Below are positions 16,955 to 24,964 of a DNA stretch of 64,000 bases, piece by piece. Position numbers and translations under genes: made by a program. How positions within the stretch are numbered: the stretch's first letter is position 1; each line of letters starts with the position of its first letter. Origin of the DNA: Vampirovibrionales bacterium (GTDB lineage: Bacteria; Cyanobacteriota; Vampirovibrionia; Vampirovibrionales; Vampirovibrionaceae); NCBI GenBank assembly GCA_016712355.1, contig JADJRF010000001.1:23286-87285 (forward strand). Direction: 5' to 3'. The notes beneath the pieces were generated by a model, which did not search any database, was not told the DNA's origin, and saw only the letters and a list, made by a program, of their open reading frames with translations.

Positions 16955-18408
16955 ATCTCAACCTCCATGCCACGATCACCCTACGGTCATCCCTGGCACA
17001 CGGCGCCTTCGATGCCGGTGCAACCGTGATCCCCTTCCGCCGCGAGCCTGTGCTCCAACGCGACGATGCCGGTGCGCCTGTTCTCGACCCCTACGCTGCG
17101 CTGACCGCCGATCCGGTGCAGCGTGAGCAACTGCGCCAGTACGCACAGCGCCTTTTGCGCGTCGTCTGGCAGTCCAAAAGCGACCGCGCCTGGAGCTACG
17201 CACAACTTGCCGAGCGCATCGCCGTCACCGCGCGCATGAAGGCGACGCTTGGCGATTTCCTCATGGAGATGCTCCAGAAGATGGGCGCCGGCGAAAGTCC
17301 AATCTACTTTCAGGATGACGCCGAGTTCGTTGCCAGTATTCTGGCCGCCGCCGATGCCAACACGCTGCTGGCGCTGCTGCGCGAACAAGGTGAGCGTTTG
17401 CTGATCGTCGCGCGTATGCAGGCAGAAAGCGCCGCCCGCTTCGAGGGGCGCACGATCAAGGCTGCCGAAAACGGGCAAATGGCGCTGCTTGGCGCGCCGG
17501 CGCCCGACGAGAAACCCGTACCGGAAGCATTCCGCACGCGCGCGATGCCGTACATACCGATGGTGCCAGTCTACTCAGGCAACGCCATCCGTAACGGCGT
17601 CATTCGCCGTCACGCCGCCCGCTTCTTGCTGGATCGTTTCGGCTGGAAGTTGGACATTGACCACTTCCGTGCGCTTTTTGTCGGCGGCAGCCTGGTGCGC
17701 ACGGGCGAAAAGGGCTTCGACATCGATCAGCGTCGCAAACTCATCGACATGATGCCGCTCTATGGATTACTTGGCGGCGCGTTCAACACATCGAGCATGG
17801 TCGAGGGCAGCACAAAATGCGGCAAGGCATGGCCGATTGTGCGCGAGGCGATCCCGGTGCTTCCGCAAGTTCTTCGCAGTCAAGCCGACATGCTGGCAAT
17901 GCAGAGCGTGATCGGCACCGAGTCCTACAGCCGCCGCGAAGACGCTGCGATGCTGGCGGGATCGTACATCGCCGGACAAGCGACGGTCGGCGCCACCGAT
18001 GCGCACATGGGCATGATGTTCGAGCGCGAAGTGATCGTCGCCGGCACGCGCCTGTGGAATCAGTGGCACTTTTATCAGGCGACTGAGCACCAACTCGGTG
18101 CGTGGATTTCCGCTTGGGTGAAGTGGGCCGAACGCCCGGTTCTGGGTGGAGCGTCGCAGCACGGCCACGGCATGGCCGATGTGGACTACCGGCGCAACGG
18201 GGAGCCATTCCTTGCCGTGACAGATGGCAAGATCGCGTTGGCGCCGGAAGCACAGGCCGCTTTCGACGCCTACCAGCGCCACCTGGACGCACGTAAAGAG
18301 GCTATCTCTATCCTGCTGATGGCTGTTGAGCCGGGTGAGCCAATCCCAACCGGCACCGTGGACGCCGGCAACCTGCAAGGCGATCTGCTGGCGCAGGAGA
18401 CCGACTGA
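16951..18408 (+). CDS. csf2: Cas7/Csf2-like RAMP backbone protein with large insertion
   Basis: ATGA overlap. N-terminal strand HATITLRSSLAHG, then VPVYSGNAIRNGVIRRHAARFLLD, LFVGGSL and PLYGLLGGAF resemble Cas7/Csf2 signatures. About 150 extra helical residues after strand 1. Confidence 0.5.
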   Translation: MNLNLHATITLRSSLAHGAFDAGATVIPFRREPVLQRDDAGAPVLDPYAALTADPVQREQLRQYAQRLLRVVWQSKSDRAWSYAQLAERIAVTARMKATLGDFLMEMLQKMGAGESPIYFQDDAEFVASILAAADANTLLALLREQGERLLIVARMQAESAARFEGRTIKAAENGQMALLGAPAPDEKPVPEAFRTRAMPYIPMVPVYSGNAIRNGVIRRHAARFLLDRFGWKLDIDHFRALFVGGSLVRTGEKGFDIDQRRKLIDMMPLYGLLGGAFNTSSMVEGSTKCGKAWPIVREAIPVLPQVLRSQADMLAMQSVIGTESYSRREDAAMLAGSYIAGQATVGATDAHMGMMFEREVIVAGTRLWNQWHFYQATEHQLGAWISAWVKWAERPVLGGASQHGHGMADVDYRRNGEPFLAVTDGKIALAPEAQAAFDAYQRHLDARKEAISILLMAVEPGEPIPTGTVDAGNLQGDLLAQETD

Positions 18409-18409
18409 G

Positions 18410-18712
18410 ATGGTGCGGGGGCGCTACTTCATCACGCCCCATGCGGTACAGCAATTCCAGGCGCGTGTTGCGCGCCTGGAATATGCCGAGTGCATCCGTG
18501 TCATTGCGGATGCACTCGAAGCTGCACCGATAGAGCGTCACGCCGTCACTTACAACGGTACAGCAATGCGTGTTAGAGTGCGCAAGCCGTTTCATTTTCG
18601 CGCCATTATCGTACCTGGTGATCCGCTACCTGTCGTGACGACGATTCTGAAAAGCGGAAAGCGTGGTCAAAATCGAGGAAGGATGCAACTATATGCCGCC
18701 AATGAAGATTAG
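18410..18712 (+). CDS. Small DUF4258/BrnT-like fold protein (tentative)
   Basis: ATG 2 nt after the csf2-like stop. ITPHAVQQFQAR...VVTTIL resembles the ItxHAxxRmxxR...vITvy layout of DUF4258/BrnT RNase-fold proteins. Confidence 0.35.
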   Translation: MVRGRYFITPHAVQQFQARVARLEYAECIRVIADALEAAPIERHAVTYNGTAMRVRVRKPFHFRAIIVPGDPLPVVTTILKSGKRGQNRGRMQLYAANED

Positions 18713-19376
18713 CTGTAAACCCAACACTTTATTCGTGTACGACCGCTGGATCGCAGTAGATGCATTGATCCAGCGGGCATATCTACTGGACAAATTTGGC
18801 GCAGAGTTTTATCAACTCCCTACGCTTACCGCTGGCTCTCCCGCCAGCGATCTGATGGATTGCGCGTTGCCGCTCGAATCTCGACAGCGCGGCGGTCATC
18901 AATACTGGGCGGCGTCGTGGTGCGACGTACAGTCGATGCAGTTGCAACAGGACGCATCCGCCTGGGTGCGTCAATTCAGCGACGCCGATGGCGTGAGCTA
19001 CTTGCACGACAAAGCCAGGCGGATCAACACGACTGCCGGACGCGACAAGGCGTACAATATGCCTATCCATCTGCGCACGCTCGATGAATGCGTCTGGTAT
19101 GTTGTTGGTGATATTGCCGAGATCGACCGCCTACTCAATGGCTACATCCATGCCATCGGCAAAAAGGCGGCATACGGCAACGGTGCGCTTCAGGAGTACG
19201 CAACCGGCCAGTATTGGCGGGTCGAAGCCTGGCCGCACGACTGGAGCGAACGCGACGCTGAAGGCCGCCTGACCAGAGGGTTGCCGGCGACGACGTTGGA
19301 TAATGCTGAGATTTACGGAGTACGCCCGCCCTACTTCGTGCGGGCCAACCAGATTCTGATGGAGATGCCGGCGTGA
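18693..19376 (+). CDS. csf3: Cas5/Csf3-like RAMP protein
   Basis: GAGGAAGGA SD then ATG 18693. N-terminal WIAVDALIQRAYLL and the Gly-rich loop AIGKKAAYGNGAL are typical of Cas5/Csf3-type RAMPs; 227 aa. Confidence 0.45.
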   Translation: MPPMKISCKPNTLFVYDRWIAVDALIQRAYLLDKFGAEFYQLPTLTAGSPASDLMDCALPLESRQRGGHQYWAASWCDVQSMQLQQDASAWVRQFSDADGVSYLHDKARRINTTAGRDKAYNMPIHLRTLDECVWYVVGDIAEIDRLLNGYIHAIGKKAAYGNGALQEYATGQYWRVEAWPHDWSERDAEGRLTRGLPATTLDNAEIYGVRPPYFVRANQILMEMPA

Positions 19377-20113
19377 AAGCGGCAAACCGGGAACGCTACC
19401 TATTGCACGCCACGCTGCCGACGCACCGACGCAAGCTGGCCCAAGCGCGCTCAATCGTGCAAGATGCTCTGGCGGCGTGCCCATCGTGGTATGTGGCGTT
19501 TTCGACCGGCAAGGACTCGACCTGCGTATTGGCGCTGGTGCGCGAGGTGCTCCCCGACGCCGTAGCGCACCACTCGCTACACCAGCGAATGCTGCCGGAA
19601 AGTTTCGCCTATCTGGATCGCACTGCCAACGTGCGACGTGTCGCCTACCAAAATTTCGACGGCACCGACTGGGCACAGCGATGGGAAAGCAGAGAAGCAG
19701 CCGAGGCCGCCGGCGCACGTTGGCTAGATGACGACGAGATCGCCACGCGCGGCGCTCCCGAAGCCGGCGTCTTCCTGGGGCTGCGCGCTGACGAGGCCGG
19801 CTATCGGCGCGTTCATCTGCGTAAGAATGGGGTGTTGTTTCAGGCGCAAAAAACCGGTAAGTGGCACTGCAACCCCATTGCCTGGTGGAGCGTCGAGGAT
19901 GTGTGGGCGTACATTCTTAGCCACCAAATCGACTACAACGCCGCATACGACAGGCTTGACGAGTTGGGCTTGTCCGCCGCTGAACAGCGAATAGGCCCGT
20001 TGGCAGTAGAACGTGTTTTGGGATACGGTCAACTCGCCATCTTGCGGCGCGGTTGGCCGGAAATTTACCGTAACTTGGTTGCCCACTTCCCAGAAGCGGC
20101 GACCTACACATGA
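19373..20113 (+). CDS. PAPS reductase family PP-loop protein (cysH-like)
   Basis: GTGA overlap. PP-loop AFSTGKDST, GLRADEAGYRR, PIAWWSVEDVWAYILSHQIDYNAAYD. Confidence 0.8.
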   Translation: MKAANRERYLLHATLPTHRRKLAQARSIVQDALAACPSWYVAFSTGKDSTCVLALVREVLPDAVAHHSLHQRMLPESFAYLDRTANVRRVAYQNFDGTDWAQRWESREAAEAAGARWLDDDEIATRGAPEAGVFLGLRADEAGYRRVHLRKNGVLFQAQKTGKWHCNPIAWWSVEDVWAYILSHQIDYNAAYDRLDELGLSAAEQRIGPLAVERVLGYGQLAILRRGWPEIYRNLVAHFPEAATYT

Positions 20114-20691
20114 AAGGAAATACCACTATGACGAACGATGAAAAACGTGCAGAAGTCGAGCGCATTGTGCGCGAGTTTACGATGCAGTACATCGAGCGCC
20201 GCCTGCTGTGGCAGTTAGGACAGATCGTGCCCGGCGCCGACGGTGTGCCCGCCGCACGTCACGCCCTGGCGCAACTCTACGCCGGCGCCGCCGATGCACT
20301 GCAATACACGATGGAGCCGCAAGAGTGGCGCACGTTGGCGCTTTACGGCGCTGGCGTGATCGATGGCGATCCCGGCGAAATGCAGGAAATCGCACAGAGC
20401 ATGGCGGAATGGCTATTCAGCCTACCGACGCACAACCGGTATGAAATCCCGGACTACTGGGCGGAAACCGAACTTGGTGCGCTCTGGTGGGCTGCGGTCA
20501 TTCGCAATCAGGGCGACGAACTGATCACCATTGCCGACGCTGCACGGCTGGCTGGCGTCACCGTGCAGGCAATCAGCCAACGGATAGAGCGTGGTTCGCT
20601 AGATGTATTTGTCGATCCATTTGCGCCTGAACGACAAGGGCGTCAAAAGGTAAGGCGGCGCGATATCTTGTCTGACGCATCTAGCGACTGA
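20110..20691 (+). CDS. Hypothetical protein with C-terminal excisionase/MerR-type HTH
   Basis: ATGA overlap; LITIADAARLAGVTVQAISQRIERGSL. Confidence 0.55.
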   Translation: MKGNTTMTNDEKRAEVERIVREFTMQYIERRLLWQLGQIVPGADGVPAARHALAQLYAGAADALQYTMEPQEWRTLALYGAGVIDGDPGEMQEIAQSMAEWLFSLPTHNRYEIPDYWAETELGALWWAAVIRNQGDELITIADAARLAGVTVQAISQRIERGSLDVFVDPFAPERQGRQKVRRRDILSDASSD

Positions 20692-20755
20692 CGAAGTGGA
20701 GTGTAGTTGACACGATGTAGGTTGTGTCAACTACACTCCACTTCGTGTTTTTTTT
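20692..20755 (+). terminator. Rho-independent terminator with 22-bp perfect stem
   Basis: CGAAGTGGAGTGTAGTTGACAC-gatgtaggtt-GTGTCAACTACACTCCACTTCG followed by TGTTTTTTTT. Confidence 0.8.
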
Positions 20756-20771
20756 GGGAAAGAAGACCACG

Positions 20772-20993
20772 ATGAAGATCACGCAGAATAAAAACTACAT
20801 CAAGATCACAGAGCCAGACCGCCCCGTCGAACTGATCGTGGCAAACGAAGGCGACTACGCCGACTTGCAGTTGGGATTCGGGGTGAAGGTCAAAAACATC
20901 ACTCTGGGCACCGAATTAACGCCGGAAGCGGCGCTGGCCGTTGGTCGATGGTTGATCGACTGGGCAGAACGAGCCGCGCCGGGTCAAGCGTGA
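20772..20993 (+). CDS. Hypothetical protein
   Basis: ATG 20772 lies downstream of the terminator hairpin, in frame with ORF 20724..20993. Confidence 0.45.
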   Translation: MKITQNKNYIKITEPDRPVELIVANEGDYADLQLGFGVKVKNITLGTELTPEAALAVGRWLIDWAERAAPGQA

Positions 20994-21919
20994 TGGACGC
21001 CATCACCGTTTTACCCGCCGGCACGCCGACGCCCTATCAATCCGCCGATCTTTCACCGATTATCGAGATGGTGCTGGATTCGCTTACCTCGCCGCGCACG
21101 CGCCGCGACTACAGCCGCGCTTTGCGCGATTTTCTGGCGTGGTACATCCAGGAAAACCGGCAAGGGTTGAACCGGATCACCGTGCAGGCGCACATCCGCG
21201 CGCTGCGAGAGGCTGGCGTGCCGGCGTCGAGCATCAACCAGCGGCTGGCGGCCATCCGCAAGCTGGCGCTGGAGGCCGCCGACAACGGCTTCCTCGACGA
21301 ATCGACCGCCCAAGCCATCAAGCGCGTGCCCAACCAGCCGCGTAAAGGCAAGAAACTGGGTAATTGGTTGACCGCAGAGCAGGCAAAATCCATCCTCGAC
21401 GCACCAGACCGAACGACGCTGGCCGGCAAGCGCGATGCCGCAATCCTGGCGATTGCACTGGGCGCCGGCTTGCGGCGTGAGGAAATCGCATCGCTCACCG
21501 TCAAACAGATTCAGCAGCGCGACAAACGTTGGCTGATCGTGGACATCGAAGGCAAGCACCACCGCACGCGATCTGTCGCCATCCACGAAAGCATCAAGGC
21601 GCGCATCGACGCCTGGCTGGAAGCGGCCGGCATCGCCAGCGGGCCGATCTTCCGGCGCATCTTTCGCAACGGCAAGATTGGCGCCAGCATGACAGCGCAA
21701 ACCGTCTGGCTGGTCGTGCAGAAGTACAACCCAGAAGACATGCCCCTGGCGCCCCACGACATGCGGCGCACCTTCGCTATCCTCGCCTACGAAGCCGGCG
21801 CTTCGCTCAAGTCGATCCAGAATGCACTTGGACACGAATCGGTCGAGACGACCGAGAACTACATTGGCGACCGCGCCGACATCCACATTTCCCCTTCCGA
21901 TATGCTTCCTATCTTCTAA
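20993..21919 (+). CDS. Tyrosine recombinase / phage integrase family
   Basis: GAGLRREE (Arg I), HDMRRTFA (H-x-x-R), LGHESVETTENY (His + catalytic Tyr); N-terminal SAM-like domain. Confidence 0.85.
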   Translation: MDAITVLPAGTPTPYQSADLSPIIEMVLDSLTSPRTRRDYSRALRDFLAWYIQENRQGLNRITVQAHIRALREAGVPASSINQRLAAIRKLALEAADNGFLDESTAQAIKRVPNQPRKGKKLGNWLTAEQAKSILDAPDRTTLAGKRDAAILAIALGAGLRREEIASLTVKQIQQRDKRWLIVDIEGKHHRTRSVAIHESIKARIDAWLEAAGIASGPIFRRIFRNGKIGASMTAQTVWLVVQKYNPEDMPLAPHDMRRTFAILAYEAGASLKSIQNALGHESVETTENYIGDRADIHISPSDMLPIF

Positions 21920-21932
21920 ATATGCCTATAGA

Positions 21933-21980
21933 TTGACAAAGTATACACCGTATGATAATTTATTCTCCTAAAGGCAATTG
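21933..21980 (+). promoter_or_regulatory. Putative promoter with GGCAATTG box
   Basis: TTGACA 21933-21938; GATAAT/TAATTT -10 candidates at 21954-21961; GGCAATTG 21973-21980. Confidence 0.45.
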
Positions 21981-22007
21981 ATGCAAGGTGATTCCAAAGG
22001 AGAATAT

Positions 22008-24113
22008 ATGCTTGTCGAAAGTGTGTTCGCGCAGTGGGAGAAGGCACGCAACGGCGAGATCGACGCTGTGGCGTGGAAAGAGTGGGCGATCAAGCTCTAC
22101 TTCGAGAGCGATTTACTGGCTGAACTTCAGGCGCTCAAAGTGGCGCAACTGAAGGAGTTGCTTGCCAGGCTGCTTACCGTGGCGCGTGGCAGCAAGAAGG
22201 CCGAAGTGGCCGATGAGGCATACAAGGCGATTTCCGGCGTGCTCACGGTGATGTCGCCGGTCGGTCTCGCCTACTCGTACAGCTACGACGATCACCGCAC
22301 AGGACAGGTAGAGGCAAAACGGCTGGCGCAAGTGCGCAAGTCTATCGAGGCGATTACCCCCGACGACATGGCCGCCTACGCAGCCCGATGCGCAGAGCGT
22401 GCTGCCGCACACACCGCTGCACTGACCGATCCCCAAACGCTGCAAGATTTTTCCGTCTTCCTGCGCAGCAAGGGCGTGGACGCGCTGACCGATGATCAAC
22501 TGGAGCGTTTCGACACCCTGATCTGGGAGCGCGACCAGGCTAACATCCGTGCTGAGCAGGAGCGGCGCGCCAAGATCGATCAGGTCGATTTGGGCGATGT
22601 CGAGTTGACCGTCACGCAGGAACGTCACACGCAGAAGGACGTGGACATCTGGATCGTGCGGCTCTCGACGCGCGTCGATGGCGACATCTACAAGCAGTTG
22701 GCCGAGGCCGCCGAGCGGTTGGGCGGCGGCTGGTCGCGTTACTCCAACGGCTTCCTGTTTTGGGAGAAAGAAGACGCCGAGACCTTTGCCGGCGTCAAGG
22801 ACGGCGACGTAAGCGCCGGCGACCGATGGGAACGCAATCGCCGGATGCGTGAGGAGCGAGCCGCAGATCGCCTGGCGCAGTACGCTATCCGCAAGGACGG
22901 CGCCGCCGCCGATGTGCTGGCGATGGATCGACTCACCAACACCGTGCGGCGCGCACGTATGGCGGCCAGCGCGGAAGCGGACGCACGCAGCGACCAGGCA
23001 ATGGCCGCTACGATCATGAGCATCGCCACGGCGCAAGCGAACGGTGATGCGTTGACGGTGCTTGCCAACGTGCGCAGCGCCGTGCAGGTTGCCGAGCTTC
23101 TCTATCTGCTGCGCCGCGCCATGATCGCCGGCGCAAAGGCACGCGGCGAGACCATCTCCTACAGCGACCCGGTGCGCTACGACGCTGCCGACATTCGCCA
23201 TGCGGAGTATCCCTGGCCGGCGTGGAACGAAGGCGATGCGCGCGAAGTGGCGACGCTGCTCAAGGGCAAGCGTGGCGCCGGCGATGCGCTCGCCGTGCTC
23301 AACAACATGATCAAGGGCGTCAGCAGCAGCGGCATGGTAACGGCCCGCACGAAGATGGGCGCCGACGCGATGGTAACGCTGGCCGGCATGTTTCCAGGGA
23401 TTAACAACTACTGGACGGAGGCAATACGGGCAAGCACGATCTCTTATCAGCGGCTGGAACGGATGGGGATCGACAACCTGCCGATCTTACGTCACGCACT
23501 GCGTGAGTTGCTGCCGCACGTAGTTGCGCCGGCGCAACCAGACCCCGTGACGGTGGCCGAACGTGCGCTGATCGGCGTGCGCATTCCCGGATTCTTCCCG
23601 ACGCCGGCTGATGTCGTCGCCAAGATGCTCGACTACGCTCAGGTCGAGCCGGGTATGCTGGTGCTGGAGCCATCCGCCGGCAAGGGCAATATCGTTACGC
23701 CGTTGCTCGATGCCGGAGCGAAGGTGATCGCGGTCGAGCACGCCTACACCCTGCTCCACATCTTGCGACTCAAGTATACCGCCCGCATCGTCATTGCCGA
23801 TGGTGATTTTTTGGAGATTCCAGCCAAGCGTTGGCGCCACACTCCGATAGATCGCGTCGTAATGAATCCTCCCTTCGAGGATGGGCAGGACATCTCGCAT
23901 GTCTGCCACGCCTACGACTTTCTGCGTGAAGGCGGGCGGTTGGTCGCGATCATGGGCGCGGGTGCGTTCTATCGAAGCGACAGTCGGGCGGTTGCGTTTC
24001 GGACGTGGCTGGAAGACGTAGGCGGTGAAGTGGTCGAGGATTTGCCGTCTGGCACCTTCTACCACGAGGCCGGTACGAACGTATCAACGAAGATGGTGTT
24101 GATCACCAAGTAG
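22008..24113 (+). CDS. Large protein with C-terminal N6-adenine DNA methyltransferase domain
   Basis: AAAGGAG SD then ATG 22008. C-terminal FFPTP (motif X), VLEPSAGKGNI (motif I), VVMNPPF (motif IV). About 500-aa N-terminal helical region of unknown function. Confidence 0.8.
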   Translation: MLVESVFAQWEKARNGEIDAVAWKEWAIKLYFESDLLAELQALKVAQLKELLARLLTVARGSKKAEVADEAYKAISGVLTVMSPVGLAYSYSYDDHRTGQVEAKRLAQVRKSIEAITPDDMAAYAARCAERAAAHTAALTDPQTLQDFSVFLRSKGVDALTDDQLERFDTLIWERDQANIRAEQERRAKIDQVDLGDVELTVTQERHTQKDVDIWIVRLSTRVDGDIYKQLAEAAERLGGGWSRYSNGFLFWEKEDAETFAGVKDGDVSAGDRWERNRRMREERAADRLAQYAIRKDGAAADVLAMDRLTNTVRRARMAASAEADARSDQAMAATIMSIATAQANGDALTVLANVRSAVQVAELLYLLRRAMIAGAKARGETISYSDPVRYDAADIRHAEYPWPAWNEGDAREVATLLKGKRGAGDALAVLNNMIKGVSSSGMVTARTKMGADAMVTLAGMFPGINNYWTEAIRASTISYQRLERMGIDNLPILRHALRELLPHVVAPAQPDPVTVAERALIGVRIPGFFPTPADVVAKMLDYAQVEPGMLVLEPSAGKGNIVTPLLDAGAKVIAVEHAYTLLHILRLKYTARIVIADGDFLEIPAKRWRHTPIDRVVMNPPFEDGQDISHVCHAYDFLREGGRLVAIMGAGAFYRSDSRAVAFRTWLEDVGGEVVEDLPSGTFYHEAGTNVSTKMVLITK

Positions 24114-24124
24114 GCTGAAGCCGC

Positions 24125-24167
24125 AAAAGAGAAAGCCCCTGGGCACTCCCCAGGGGCTTTCTCTTTT
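24125..24167. terminator. Bidirectional stem-loop terminator between convergent genes
   Basis: AAAAGAGAAAGCCCCTGGG-cactc-CCCAGGGGCTTTCTCTTTT. Confidence 0.75.
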
Positions 24168-24469
24168 CAGAAAGTGAAGCCGCGTATTTCGCCAGGGTTC
24201 TGCGCTGACGGCGCTTCGGGCGGCGTGGCCGGCACGAAGCCTCTGCGGGTGTTGGTAGGCGCTGGCGGCGGTGCGACCTGCGCCGGCGGCTGATTATCCG
24301 GTGAATCTTCACCGCCTTTCAGCGCCGCCGCCACCGATACAATTAGAAACATCGCGGCTAGAAACAGCGCGTAGTTGGTTGCATCGCGATTGCCGGTGCT
24401 GTTGAGCAGGATGGCGACGGACAGGGCGATAGCCGTCAGCAACTGCATGGCGATTCCGAACATACTCAC
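24167..24469 (-). CDS. Small membrane protein (2 TM) with Pro-rich tail
   Basis: Hydrophobic segments FGIAMQLLTAIALSVAILL and ALFLAAMFLIVSVAAAL. Confidence 0.5.
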   Translation of the reverse strand: MSMFGIAMQLLTAIALSVAILLNSTGNRDATNYALFLAAMFLIVSVAAALKGGEDSPDNQPPAQVAPPPAPTNTRRGFVPATPPEAPSAQNPGEIRGFTF

Positions 24470-24954
24470 CTCACCATCACTTCACTGGCTGCCGAGCGCG
24501 CTTGCTGCTGTGCTGGCAACTCATCGGGGAACACGGGCAGTTGATGCTGCTGCGTGTTCGCACCAGGTAGACGCCCTTGCTGTGGCGCCCCAAACTGCGC
24601 AACTGGCGCTCCGTACACAGTCCACTCGTCATCGACTACTGGCGCTTCGATGGGCTGTTTTGGTTGCTTGGCGGTCTCCTTCATATAGGATGCCCACTGC
24701 CCAAAGCTCTTAAGGAACGCCGCGAACGCATCCGACTGTGCGCCTACCGTGTCGCCAAAGACGCGCCCAGTCACGATTACCGTTGCCGCCAGAATCAACA
24801 GGATGACGATGCCGACGCCGGCAAAACCGACGAAGGCAATGCTCAGGATCACCCCGTTTTTGCCGATGGAATTTTCGACAAAGAGCAGGAAGAAGACCCC
24901 GAAACCGAGGATGGCGACAACGGCGATGGTGGTTGCTACGAATGCGGTGCGCAT
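24466..24954 (-). CDS. Membrane protein (2-3 TM)
   Basis: N-terminal hydrophobic helices; overlaps the downstream gene start. Confidence 0.55.
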   Translation of the reverse strand: MRTAFVATTIAVVAILGFGVFFLLFVENSIGKNGVILSIAFVGFAGVGIVILLILAATVIVTGRVFGDTVGAQSDAFAAFLKSFGQWASYMKETAKQPKQPIEAPVVDDEWTVYGAPVAQFGAPQQGRLPGANTQQHQLPVFPDELPAQQQARSAASEVMVR

Positions 24955-24964
24955 GGTTCGATCC

